From assembly GCA_964014485.1 (NCBI GenBank), contig CAXHAT010000077.1:1-35100 (forward strand): a DNA stretch of 35,100 bases, read 5' to 3'. The first letter of the stretch is position 1; each line of letters begins with the position of its first letter. Below are positions 26,457 to 35,060 of this stretch, piece after piece. Below the pieces are notes generated by a model, which did no database searches, was not told the origin of the DNA, and was given only the letters and a program-made list of their open reading frames with translations. This DNA is from an uncultured Deferribacteres bacterium (GTDB lineage: Bacteria; Zhuqueibacterota; Zhuqueibacteria; Zhuqueibacterales; Geothermadaptataceae). A program made the translations under genes and the position numbers.

Positions 26457-26681
26457 ACCGCCATTAAAGAGACGCTCAATAACGGTTGTCGCCCTTGCAA
26501 AAAATGCAAACCCACTGAAAACGCCAACGAAGCGCAGGAGCAAGTTGAGCGGGCTGTCAATTTGGTCAAGGAACATTCAAAAGAAAAGGTTTCGCACGTC
26601 CGGCTGCGTGAAAATTAAATCAGCCCGGAGTTGGTGCGGTGGTGGTTCATGAAAAACTACGGCATGGCGCTTAACGCCTAA
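26457..26681 (+). pseudogene. ada: Ada-family regulator remnant (second half of Zn-binding domain plus start of AraC-type HTH)
   Basis: Reads IKETLNNGCRPCKKCKPTENANEAQEQVERAVNLVKEH...REN*ISPELVRWWFMKNYGM, matching the Ada G(F/Y)RPCKxCxP signature and the RRxFK..GMT helix. Stops at 26616 and 26679. Confidence 0.75.
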
Positions 26682-26759
26682 CCGGACAATTTGGAAATTT
26701 CAAATCTCAATGTTTAGTTTTCGGCCTTTTCGAATCGGATCGTTTGCTAACTTTTGAGT

Positions 26760-26787
26760 TTGCATTCCGGCAAGTCATTTTTATATT
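26760..26787 (+). promoter_or_regulatory. Candidate sigma-70 promoter of the TA operon
   Basis: TTGCAT-N16-TATATT about 40 bp upstream of the antitoxin ATG. Confidence 0.4.
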
Positions 26788-26826
26788 GAGCCAAGCAGAA
26801 CAAGAATTTTAGAGGAATATTGGAAC

Positions 26827-27051
26827 ATGAGAAGCACCATAACCATTCCGGATGACCTTGTTAATGCGATTGACCAAATCACGGGCCGGAAGGATAATAT
26901 CGAAAAATTGATTGAACTCCTGCTTCGAGAATATCTTACCGAGGAGAAGAAAAAACAACAATCTTCAAAAGATCTAAAGATATTGCGTGAGAATTCGAAA
27001 TTTTTGAACAGGGAAGCTCAAGACGTGCTTGATTACCAGGTCAATCTATGA
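26827..27051 (+). CDS. Ribbon-helix-helix (CopG-like) antitoxin
   Basis: [19 protein letters not shown] start; ATGA overlap with the toxin gene. Confidence 0.8.
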   Translation: MRSTITIPDDLVNAIDQITGRKDNIEKLIELLLREYLTEEKKKQQSSKDLKILRENSKFLNREAQDVLDYQVNL

Positions 27052-27386
27052 AGCGCGGGGAGCTGTACCGGGTATACAAAGGCTCAAAGCATGATCCCAA
27101 AAAGCACAGAGTGTTTGTCGTTGTCAGCCGCCAGGTGTTAATTGAATCCAGATTTTCTACGGTCATTTGCGCGCCAATATATACGCGGTATGATGGCTTG
27201 TCGACTCAAGTGAAGGTAGGAATTGAAGACGGATTAAAGCATGACAGCGCCATACACTGTGATGAGCTTATCAGCATCCCCAAAACAACGCTTACGAATT
27301 TTATCGCTACTCTATCCGTTGACAAAATCAAAGAGCTGAATGAAGCATTACAAACAGCGATTGGTTATAGAGACAAAGTTGAATAA
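27048..27386 (+). CDS. mazF: PemK/MazF-family endoribonuclease toxin
   Basis: MKRGELY...[10 protein letters not shown]...VICAPI...[16 protein letters not shown]...LNEAL; 112 aa. Confidence 0.88.
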   Translation: MKRGELYRVYKGSKHDPKKHRVFVVVSRQVLIESRFSTVICAPIYTRYDGLSTQVKVGIEDGLKHDSAIHCDELISIPKTTLTNFIATLSVDKIKELNEALQTAIGYRDKVE

Positions 27387-27407
27387 AAAAGTTAATCAAC
27401 ACCAGCG

Positions 27408-27605
27408 TACTACAAAGACGTTTAGCTGAAAAACGATGTCCGTCCCGCCCGAAGCTTTATGATATTTTATGCGGGAGTGAAACCACAGGCGTTTTTTGCA
27501 TTGCAACCTGCCGCGCCAGAAAACCAAAGTTGAAAATGTTGAATTCTTCTCCTCCCTCAAAAAGTGTTTGACAACAGTTACCTGCCTTATGAAACTTGCA
27601 AAAGT
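27408..27605 (+). pseudogene. ada: Second Ada remnant (N-terminal Zn-binding domain, frameshifted)
   Basis: With frameshifts near 27481, 27530 and about 27570 it reads IFYAGVK/TTGVFCIATCRARKPK/ENVEFFSSLK...NSYLPYETCK, matching Ada GVKTTG(I/V)(F/Y)CxxxCxARxP. Confidence 0.75.
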
Positions 27606-27739
27606 GAAGCGCCTGCACTCGAGCTTTACACCGATTGCCAGAGAGCCAAGTGTCCATCTTGAAGCTGATTGATTGGGATTTGTTAAAGTTTTGAAAAACC
27701 AGCTTTTCGCCTTGCATATCTTCAAAAACAAGCGCTTCT

Positions 27740-27757
27740 TGTCACAGCTTTGTGACA
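27740..27757. promoter_or_regulatory. Palindromic candidate transcription-factor site
   Basis: TGTCACA-GCTT-TGTGACA, a perfect 7-bp inverted repeat about 210 bp upstream of the YVTN lipoprotein gene. Confidence 0.35.
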
Positions 27758-27967
27758 TTTGCCGCCGCCACAACTCACAGAGCCACAGCATGAGGCTGGC
27801 CCTGCAATCACGTTGGAAGAAATGAAGCGTGATTCTCTCCGATTAAGAATGGATTCTATTGCAACCAGGCGTAAGCGCCGTAATCCTTTCACCTGCCTTT
27901 TATTATCGAAGAACGGCGATTCACTCAGTCCGTTCGCAAGCCCTCAACTTTTTCAGGAGTATTCAGC

Positions 27968-29095
27968 ATGAAGATGAGAACCGTCATTAGTCCGTTAATC
28001 GCTTTGACCATGTGTTTTGCCGCATTTAGCGGTTGCGACCGCGCCGCCGCTCCGGTTGTAAACGAAGAGGATGATTGGGGCGCCGAAATTCCGGAAGCCG
28101 AACTTGCCAAGCACCGTCACAGAGATCTCGGCCAGATTGTCATCGCCAATCGCGCTTCCGGCACGATTTCCGTCATTGACGCCAACACCGATGCAGTGTC
28201 CGGAACCTATGATTTGCCGGAAGGCGATAACACGAACGAGCCGATGTACGTGGTTTGGTCTGCGGCGAAGGATCTCGTATATGTCGGCGACCGCGGCAAT
28301 GACCGCGTCGTTGCGTTCAATCCCGGCGACTTTTCCGTGGCTGGCGAAGTGGCTGTAGGCGCGGGCGTTTTTCACATGTGGGCCGACTTTAAAGGCAAGA
28401 AACAGCTTTGGGTCAACAACGATGTGGACAAAACCACAAGCGTGATCGATTTAGAAACCATGACCGTTGTCGCGACGGTTCCCACCCCGGCTGATCTGGT
28501 CGACATGGGCGGCAAGCCGCACGATGTGATTGTAGAAGCGCGCGGCCGGGCGGCCTACGTTTCAGTGATTGGCGTTGCAGGCGACAATGACTACATTGTT
28601 CAGTTTGATACGGAAACTTTCGAGGAAATCGGACGCGCAGCCGTCGGGAATGATCCGCATTTGTCGCTTAGCCCGGAAAATCGCAAGCTGTTCGTCCCAT
28701 GTCAGGGCGCAGATAAAGTGTTCGTTCTGGATTTGAAAACGCTGGCGCAAATCACCACGATCGACGTGCCGAACGCGCACGGCGCGATCATGTCATTGGA
28801 CGGCAAGGCGCTTTACACGACGAATATTTCCGACGGCGGCTCGGACGGCATTTTCGGCGTACATGCTGCAAAGCATATTGTAAAAGTCACCGCTGATACG
28901 CCTTTCCCGGTTCCGCATAATGCTGCGTTGACGCCGCAGGACAGAGTCGGTTCTCGCCCGAAGAAGCTTTACATCACGCATTCAGGCGCAACCGCCGACA
29001 AAGTTTCCGTTTACGACGTTTCCCGCCGCGCGCCCGTGCATATCACGGACATTACCGTAGGGCTGAATCCTTTCGGCTTGGCGTTCGCTAGATAA
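27968..29095 (+). CDS. YncE/YVTN-type beta-propeller lipoprotein
   Basis: Lipobox FSGC; repeats IANRASGTISVID, VGDRGNDRVVAF, AVGNDPHL and TVGLNPFGL; RBS AGGAG. Confidence 0.82.
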   Translation: MKMRTVISPLIALTMCFAAFSGCDRAAAPVVNEEDDWGAEIPEAELAKHRHRDLGQIVIANRASGTISVIDANTDAVSGTYDLPEGDNTNEPMYVVWSAAKDLVYVGDRGNDRVVAFNPGDFSVAGEVAVGAGVFHMWADFKGKKQLWVNNDVDKTTSVIDLETMTVVATVPTPADLVDMGGKPHDVIVEARGRAAYVSVIGVAGDNDYIVQFDTETFEEIGRAAVGNDPHLSLSPENRKLFVPCQGADKVFVLDLKTLAQITTIDVPNAHGAIMSLDGKALYTTNISDGGSDGIFGVHAAKHIVKVTADTPFPVPHNAALTPQDRVGSRPKKLYITHSGATADKVSVYDVSRRAPVHITDITVGLNPFGLAFAR

Positions 29096-29112
29096 TCAGG
29101 AGTCCCCTTTTC

Positions 29113-29140
29113 GTAGAGACGCGATGCATCGCGTCTCTAC
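29113..29140. repeat. GTAG-type REP palindrome (may double as terminator)
   Basis: Perfect 28-bp palindrome GTAGAGACGCGATGCATCGCGTCTCTAC between convergent genes. Confidence 0.85.
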
Positions 29141-29151
29141 CTGTCTGTTTG

Positions 29152-31521
29152 TTACTCTTTCCGAATCGCATTAACCGGATTCAGCGTCGTGATTTTGTAG
29201 ACCTGCGAGCTGATCGTCAGGATTGAAACGATAAAAACGATAACGATTGCCACGACAAACGGAAACGCAGTGACGGGCACGCGATAGGCGTAGATGCCGT
29301 CGAGAAGTGCGCCCGCAGTGAAGAAACCGATGGCAGTTGCGAGCACCGCCGCCGCGAGAAGAACCAACGCAAATTCTTTGTTGATCAGCCCGCCAATCTG
29401 GCCAATCGAAGCGCCCAGCACTTTCCGAATGCCAATCTCTTTTGTTCGCTTGGCAATGTTGAGCGAAACCAACGCAAACAAGCCCATCGCCGAAATCAAA
29501 ATCGCGATAATTGCAATATATTCGCTGATGGTTTTGATGCTGTTTGTCACAAACGCCGCTTCAGCCAGCACGTTGTCCTGGTACGAGCCGGAATACGGCG
29601 AATTTGGAAACAGCTTGAACCATTCTCCTTCCATCAATGCGTTGGCGCCGACCAAATCTTCGGTGCTGACGACGGCGGTCAAATAGTTGTACGTCTCCGG
29701 TTTTGCCAAGCGCAGCGCCGAAGGCTCGACCAGGCGCCACAACCCGTTGTTGTGAAAATCTTTAACAACCCCGATCACGCTGTATTTCACGCTGTCGATC
29801 TCGATTTCCTGCTTGAGCGGCTCTTGCCAGCCGAAGGTCTCCACAAGTTTTTGGTTGACGATAATCGAGCGGTCAAAATCGGATTCGAGCGCCGAGTCAA
29901 ATGCACGCCCGCTAAGAAGATTGAAGCCCATCACATCCAGGTAATTCTCGCCGATATTCATCACCTCGATCTCTTCTTCCGCCTGAAAATGTTTTGCGAT
30001 GCGGCGATACCAGGAATAGCCGACATGATTGCCGCCCCCGGCGATAGCCTCAATCTGCGGGTGCTTTTGCAGGGCGTTGCGGTAAGCTTCAAACTCGCTT
30101 TCGCCGTCCACGCGCACGACGATGACGTTTTCCTTGTTGTAGCCAAAATCGAAGGTGCGCTGAAACTCCGCGTTCTGCGCCATGATGAGGCTCATGATCA
30201 CCGCGAGAATGGAGATGCTGAATTGCAGGCTCATCAACACGCGCGCGAGCGGGTTAGTGCCGCCGACCTTTTGCTCGCCTTTCATAATTCTGACCGGCGA
30301 ATATGCGCTGATGTAGTATGCTGGATAAACGCCCGAAAAAATAGCCGTGCCAAAAAGGAGCGCGCCAAAAACGATGAACAACTCAGGATTGCTCGTGTAG
30401 TCGAAGAAGAGCTCGACGTTCGGGAAAAGTGCGTTGTACTTGTCGGCAAAGAGATAGCCGAGAGGAACGGCGATGGCGAAGGAAACCATGCAAAGCAAAA
30501 TGTTCTCGCCCATGAATTGAAAAATAAGTCCTTGCCTTCTGGCGCCGACGACTTTCCGCACGCCGATTTCTTTAAGGCGCCGGCTGGAAAAAGCGATGGA
30601 GGTGTTCATGAAATTGAAGCAGGCCATAAGCAGGAGTAAAAACGCCGTCACCGAAGGCCCGACAATCGCGGTCGGATTGATCCCGTCATTCAAAATATTG
30701 CCGCGCATCTCGCGCCCTGATTCGGCGATATTGAGCAAAGGATCAAAAGAAAATTGCGTCATTTGAAAATCCGGCATGGCCGCGTTTTGGCGCTCGATAT
30801 ACTGCTGAAATTGCGAAGGGAGCGAGGCCGCGACGGCGGCATCGGAGATTTGGACAAAAGTGGTGAACGCCCAGCGATCCCAACTGTTCAAATCGTCAAT
30901 GCCGAGATCGGCGAGATTTTCGTACGGCAGCAAGAATTCAAACTGGATGCTCGAGCCCTGCGTGATTTTTTCCATCACCGCGGCGACGATCAGGCTCGTT
31001 TCAAAGCCGTTGCCGTACTCGATGCTGATCTGCTTGCCGACCGGATTTTCCTCGCCAAAATACTTTTCCGCCACGGGACGCGTGAGCACGATGCTTTGTT
31101 TGCGGGCGAGCGGATTTTGATCCCCGGCCGCAACGGGAAAAGTGAACATCTCGAAAAAGCCGGGATCGGCGAAATGCACTTGCTCGTCAAAAACCTTGTC
31201 GCCGTAGCGCAGGATAACGGAGGTGCGGGAGAAACGCACGGATCGCTCGATGGCCGGAAAGTCTTGCTCCAACGCCGGGCCAAGTCCCATTGGCGTCAGG
31301 CCGTAAAGCACGGAGCGATTGTTCGCGACTCTGGTGCTGTTGATGCGATAAACTTCATCCGTGTTTTCGTGGAAAGCGTCGTAGCTGTTGGTGAAATCAT
31401 AATTCAGCCAGGCGACCATGCTCGCCGCCAAAGCCACGCTCAAACCCAAAATGTTGATGAATGCGTAATACTTGTTCCGCAACAAACTGCGAACAGCCAC
31501 TTTGATAAAATTCTTCAGCAT
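29152..31521 (-). CDS. ABC transporter permease, duplicated MacB_PCD/FtsX type
   Basis: MLKNFIKVAVRSLLRNK start, ACFNFMN...RRLKEIGVRKVVGA and RTKEIGIRKVLGA. RBS AGGAGG favours ATG 31521. Confidence 0.93.
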   Translation of the reverse strand: MLKNFIKVAVRSLLRNKYYAFINILGLSVALAASMVAWLNYDFTNSYDAFHENTDEVYRINSTRVANNRSVLYGLTPMGLGPALEQDFPAIERSVRFSRTSVILRYGDKVFDEQVHFADPGFFEMFTFPVAAGDQNPLARKQSIVLTRPVAEKYFGEENPVGKQISIEYGNGFETSLIVAAVMEKITQGSSIQFEFLLPYENLADLGIDDLNSWDRWAFTTFVQISDAAVAASLPSQFQQYIERQNAAMPDFQMTQFSFDPLLNIAESGREMRGNILNDGINPTAIVGPSVTAFLLLLMACFNFMNTSIAFSSRRLKEIGVRKVVGARRQGLIFQFMGENILLCMVSFAIAVPLGYLFADKYNALFPNVELFFDYTSNPELFIVFGALLFGTAIFSGVYPAYYISAYSPVRIMKGEQKVGGTNPLARVLMSLQFSISILAVIMSLIMAQNAEFQRTFDFGYNKENVIVVRVDGESEFEAYRNALQKHPQIEAIAGGGNHVGYSWYRRIAKHFQAEEEIEVMNIGENYLDVMGFNLLSGRAFDSALESDFDRSIIVNQKLVETFGWQEPLKQEIEIDSVKYSVIGVVKDFHNNGLWRLVEPSALRLAKPETYNYLTAVVSTEDLVGANALMEGEWFKLFPNSPYSGSYQDNVLAEAAFVTNSIKTISEYIAIIAILISAMGLFALVSLNIAKRTKEIGIRKVLGASIGQIGGLINKEFALVLLAAAVLATAIGFFTAGALLDGIYAYRVPVTAFPFVVAIVIVFIVSILTISSQVYKITTLNPVNAIRKE

Positions 31522-31607
31522 AAACAGCCTCCTAAAAAGAACGGAAAATAAACGAATCGGCGGCGACAACCACCAAACTACGCTTCTATCTAAACATCGC
31601 TTCTACC

Positions 31608-31678
31608 GTCATTCCCGCGCAGGCGGAAATCCAGCCAAACGTGCAACGCCAACAGATTCCCGTCTTCACGGGAATGAC
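31608..31678. repeat. Inverted pair of GTCATTCCC-family palindromes (dRS3-like)
   Basis: GTCATTCCCGCGCAGGCGGAAATCCAG ... AGATTCCCGTCTTCACGGGAATGAC. Confidence 0.8.
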
Positions 31679-31848
31679 TAAATACGAGCGTTTTGGCGGG
31701 CGTAATCTGAATCATTGTATTTGACAACAATCCCCCCGTTCGGTTGCGAAAGAAACGCACTTTGCGGCAAACAACCCGGCGACCGCCGCCAAAACCGCGC
31801 GCCAGTTAAATTTGACTGGCTATTTTTGTAGGGAAGACATTTTTTACA

Positions 31849-32027
31849 AACTGATGTTACGCACGCCGCAAACGCAAGGAGTGCAAAGCTTGCTTTGCCT
31901 GTCACTCGCCGCCGGCAAGAAAACGGCGGATTCAGGACCACCTTGCGCAATGGTTAAAAATATCCGCAACTGAATAGCAAGGCAAGCCTTGCACTCCATT
32001 ATCTGTGCGATCCGCGTAACATCAGTT
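31849..32027. repeat. 179-bp inverted-repeat element (REPIN/MITE-like) with GGAGT-hairpin units
   Basis: Exact 14-bp terminal IR AACTGATGTTACGC (31849-31862) / GCGTAACATCAGTT (32014-32027). Internal GGAGTGCAAAGCTTGCTTTGC and its inverted variant GCAAGGCAAGCCTTGCACTCC. Confidence 0.72.
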
Positions 32028-32092
32028 ACAAATAAAGAATAGGGGGCGATTTTGCTCTCCCAACCCCGATTGCTCACAAACGACGCACGCCC

Positions 32093-35047
32093 ATGCAGCC
32101 CGATTTAGAAAACGCCGAAACAACCGCCAACGCGCCAACCAAACCCCAAAAAACAAAACTCCAAAAACTCTGGCGATGGATTTGGCCCGAGCCAAAAATG
32201 TCTTGGCAAGAAGCGCGCGAAAAAATGCGCCAGGATTGGCAAGACGCTTTCACTTTTGATGAACGCGGTTTGTGGTTAAGTCAAGTTTTGCTCGGACTGA
32301 TATTTTTGACGATTGGTTTGTTCTTGGCACAAATTGAAAAGCTTGAAGTGATAGGGACAACAATTTCAGCGGTGGCAGGCGGAAGTTTTGTTCTCATCTT
32401 TCGGTATTATATACGATGGCTGCGCATAGTCTTGTACTCTCGTGGAAGAGCAACGGCACGGAGGATTGCATTTAGCATTTATCTCATCGCTGTCGCTTTC
32501 GCTGTCGCTGTCGCTGTCGCTGTCGCTTTCGCTGGCGCTGGCGCTGTCGCTGGCGCTGTCGCTGTCGCTTTCGCTGGCGCTGTCGCTTTCGCTGGCGCTT
32601 TCGCTGGCGCTTTCGCTGGCGCTGTCGCTGTCGCTGGCGCTTTCGCTGGCGCTGGCGCTTTCGCTGGCGCTGGCGCTTTCGCTGGCGCTGTCGCTGTCGC
32701 TGGCGCTGTCGCTGGCGCTTTCGCTGGCGCTTTCGCTGTCGCTGTCGCTGGGTTAAGATGGCTTGGAAATTTACTAAGACGCGCTGAATCAACGCAAGCC
32801 CGCGCGAACGACAATGAAGCGCTTATAAATCGGCAGGACTTGCAGCGACCGTATCCGGAAGTACACCATGGGCGCGCCGTAGTCAATGGTAGAATGGAGA
32901 AGTTTTTTCAGGACCAGAAACGTTTTACCATCGGCATGGCCGGGCGGCGCGGCTTGGGCAAAACCAATTTGCTGCACCGGTTTCGCGAGCATGTGCTGGA
33001 AAATTTTCAAAAGTACGACGACGGCGTCGGAGACGAACAGCGGTTTAAGACACTCAAAGAGCAGAATAACTTGCGCAAACATCGCCGTCAACGTTTGCCG
33101 CTGTTCTCGCCTATCCCAACCGAATTCGGCGAGAAGTCGTTTCTACTCGCCCTGCTGGAAAAATTGGCGCAGGAAGTCAATCGCTGCCTGACATTACTCT
33201 TGCCGCCGATTCAGCCGTTTGCGGTTGAGCAGGAATTACAGAATAAACGCCTTTTGCTTAAGAAAGCACACCGCTATTATTTGTTTTTGGGCGGTTTGCT
33301 CATCATCGGAAATATCGCGCTGCATTGGCAAACGCCGCCATTCAGCCAGATGCGCGAGCAATGGTTCGCGGTAAAAAGCGATTCAACCAAAACAGATCAA
33401 ATCTCTACAAGAGAACCGTCGCTCTTACGTCAAGAATATCGCGATTCCTTGTATCTTGATCTAGCGCCGACAATTCAGAGCCTACAAGATTCCTTGCAAA
33501 AAATCGACGCGCTGCTTGAGCCAGACGTGAGCAGCACCGATTGGAATTTTGATGAGGAAAGGTCTGGCGATTTTACCCGATTCTTCATCATTCAGGCAAC
33601 GTGGGATTCTCTGCGCCGCGCCCGGCATTGGCCGTCTAAACCGAGTATAGATTCGCTCTTCGCACAACTTGATTCGGCCAGAATTCAGCTCGGCGATATT
33701 GCGGCGGTCGAAGCGAGATATGATTCCTTGCAAGACACATTGCGGCAAGCGGAGTTTTATTTGTCTGAGTCGCCAGAATCGAGCATTGATTGGAGTTTGA
33801 GCTTAGTCATCTCGCTGTGCGTGATTTTAGGTTTTCCAATCGCCGCTGGCGTGATTTATTGGCGTACGGTCGAGGGCGATCAGCGCTTGAATCGCAGTCT
33901 TTACGATCCCATGCGCAACGAGATCGCGCTTTATCATCGCACCAACGAGTTGCTGGAGCGCTTGAGATATCAAATGAGTTTTGGCGAGGGGCAAGAGACC
34001 GGGGTCAAGGGCGGCGGCAGGTGGTTTTCCTTCGGGCGCAAAAAATCCAATCTGGTCAGCCGAGAGCTAAGGCCGTTCACCACCCTTAGCCTGATCGACG
34101 AGTACCGCACCTACGTACAGGAAGTACTTTTCTATCTTAACCGTGCGCTGGAAGTCGATGAACGAGAAGTGGGCACGCCCAGGGAGCAGGTCAAAATCGT
34201 TATCGCTATCGATGAGTTGGACAAGGTGCTCGACACGCAGCGCCTGCACGAAATGCTCAAGAGCATGAAGGCGATTTTTGAGTTGGATCACGTCTACTAC
34301 TTGCTCTCCATCAGCGAAGACGCGCTGGAGACCTACCGTCTGCGGCACATGGAAACCAAGAACGAAATCGACAGCGCTTTCACGCACATTTTCACCCTGC
34401 CGCCCATGGAAGCGGCGGGTTCGCTGGCGTTTTTTCGGCAAGAGAAAACAAAAGTCAAAGACCAGCTTCTGCCCGCGGCCGTCGTCTTTGGCGGCGGCGT
34501 CCCGCGCGACATGCACCGGCTGGCGCAAATGATGAACGTACGCGAAGAATGGGATTCGCTGGCGCGCTGCCTGCAAGATTTGGAACGGGAAGACAAAGAC
34601 GCACTCTGCGATCTCTTCCAGCAAAACCCCCTGCTCTCCGATGAATGGAAGCACACGCTCACCCAAAGCGTCGCCGCCATGCGCTGCGAAACGTCAGACG
34701 AGGTTGAAAAGATTTTGCGGCGAGTCGAGCGAATGACTTTGGAGCAATTTGAAGCGGGAAATCCGTGCAGTGGAGAACCTGCCAAGAAGCTTTATCACCA
34801 GGTGCAAACCTACGTGCGCGGTATGGCGGTCAAATCGTTCATTTATGCGCGCGTCGGGCAGGCTCAAATTCCAGGGCAAGTTGCCGCGCTGCCGCAAAAT
34901 GAAGAGTCATTGATGCACGCCATTGAAAGCTGGCAATCGATCACGAACTGGCTGGTGCAACTCGAACCGCTGCGCGGCGCCATCTTCAACCTGTCGCACA
35001 ACCCGCTCGGCGTTTGGGATACGCTGAAGAAAAACGCCAACGCTTAG
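32093..35047 (+). CDS. Membrane-associated KAP-family-like P-loop NTPase
   Basis: Walker A GRRGLGKT (32942-32965) and Walker B IVIAIDELDK (~34200) are separated by two TM helices, the KAP hallmark. Also GGVPRD motif and N-terminal TMs. Confidence 0.75.
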   Translation: MQPDLENAETTANAPTKPQKTKLQKLWRWIWPEPKMSWQEAREKMRQDWQDAFTFDERGLWLSQVLLGLIFLTIGLFLAQIEKLEVIGTTISAVAGGSFVLIFRYYIRWLRIVLYSRGRATARRIAFSIYLIAVAFAVAVAVAVAFAGAGAVAGAVAVAFAGAVAFAGAFAGAFAGAVAVAGAFAGAGAFAGAGAFAGAVAVAGAVAGAFAGAFAVAVAGLRWLGNLLRRAESTQARANDNEALINRQDLQRPYPEVHHGRAVVNGRMEKFFQDQKRFTIGMAGRRGLGKTNLLHRFREHVLENFQKYDDGVGDEQRFKTLKEQNNLRKHRRQRLPLFSPIPTEFGEKSFLLALLEKLAQEVNRCLTLLLPPIQPFAVEQELQNKRLLLKKAHRYYLFLGGLLIIGNIALHWQTPPFSQMREQWFAVKSDSTKTDQISTREPSLLRQEYRDSLYLDLAPTIQSLQDSLQKIDALLEPDVSSTDWNFDEERSGDFTRFFIIQATWDSLRRARHWPSKPSIDSLFAQLDSARIQLGDIAAVEARYDSLQDTLRQAEFYLSESPESSIDWSLSLVISLCVILGFPIAAGVIYWRTVEGDQRLNRSLYDPMRNEIALYHRTNELLERLRYQMSFGEGQETGVKGGGRWFSFGRKKSNLVSRELRPFTTLSLIDEYRTYVQEVLFYLNRALEVDEREVGTPREQVKIVIAIDELDKVLDTQRLHEMLKSMKAIFELDHVYYLLSISEDALETYRLRHMETKNEIDSAFTHIFTLPPMEAAGSLAFFRQEKTKVKDQLLPAAVVFGGGVPRDMHRLAQMMNVREEWDSLARCLQDLEREDKDALCDLFQQNPLLSDEWKHTLTQSVAAMRCETSDEVEKILRRVERMTLEQFEAGNPCSGEPAKKLYHQVQTYVRGMAVKSFIYARVGQAQIPGQVAALPQNEESLMHAIESWQSITNWLVQLEPLRGAIFNLSHNPLGVWDTLKKNANA
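32489..32752 (+). repeat. In-frame hexanucleotide microsatellite (GCT-GTC/TTC/GGC) x44 encoding Ala-X repeats
   Basis: 264 nt in which every other codon is GCT and the alternate codon is GTC, TTC or GGC (last one GGG). Confidence 0.95.
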
Positions 35048-35060
35048 AAGCTGTTTTAAA

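Noticed and set aside
26346..26652. ORF-track entries 26346..26576 (-) and 26440..26652 (+)
   Set aside because: They have no recognisable features; the meaningful signal is the stop-interrupted Ada/TPR reading in another plus frame.
27396..27971. ORFs 27396..27791 (-), 27457..27717 (-) and 27759..27971 (+)
   Set aside because: They lack RBS or family motifs; the first two lie antisense to the frameshifted Ada remnant.
29294..31551. Long plus-strand ORFs 29752..30639 and 30754..31551
   Set aside because: They are antisense shadows of the well-supported ABC permease.
32442..32886. ORFs 32442..32756 (+, SLSLAL), 32479..32886 (-, ATAPAK) and 32484..32792 (-, QRQRKR)
   Set aside because: They are alternative-frame readings of the stop-free hexamer microsatellite inside the NTPase gene.
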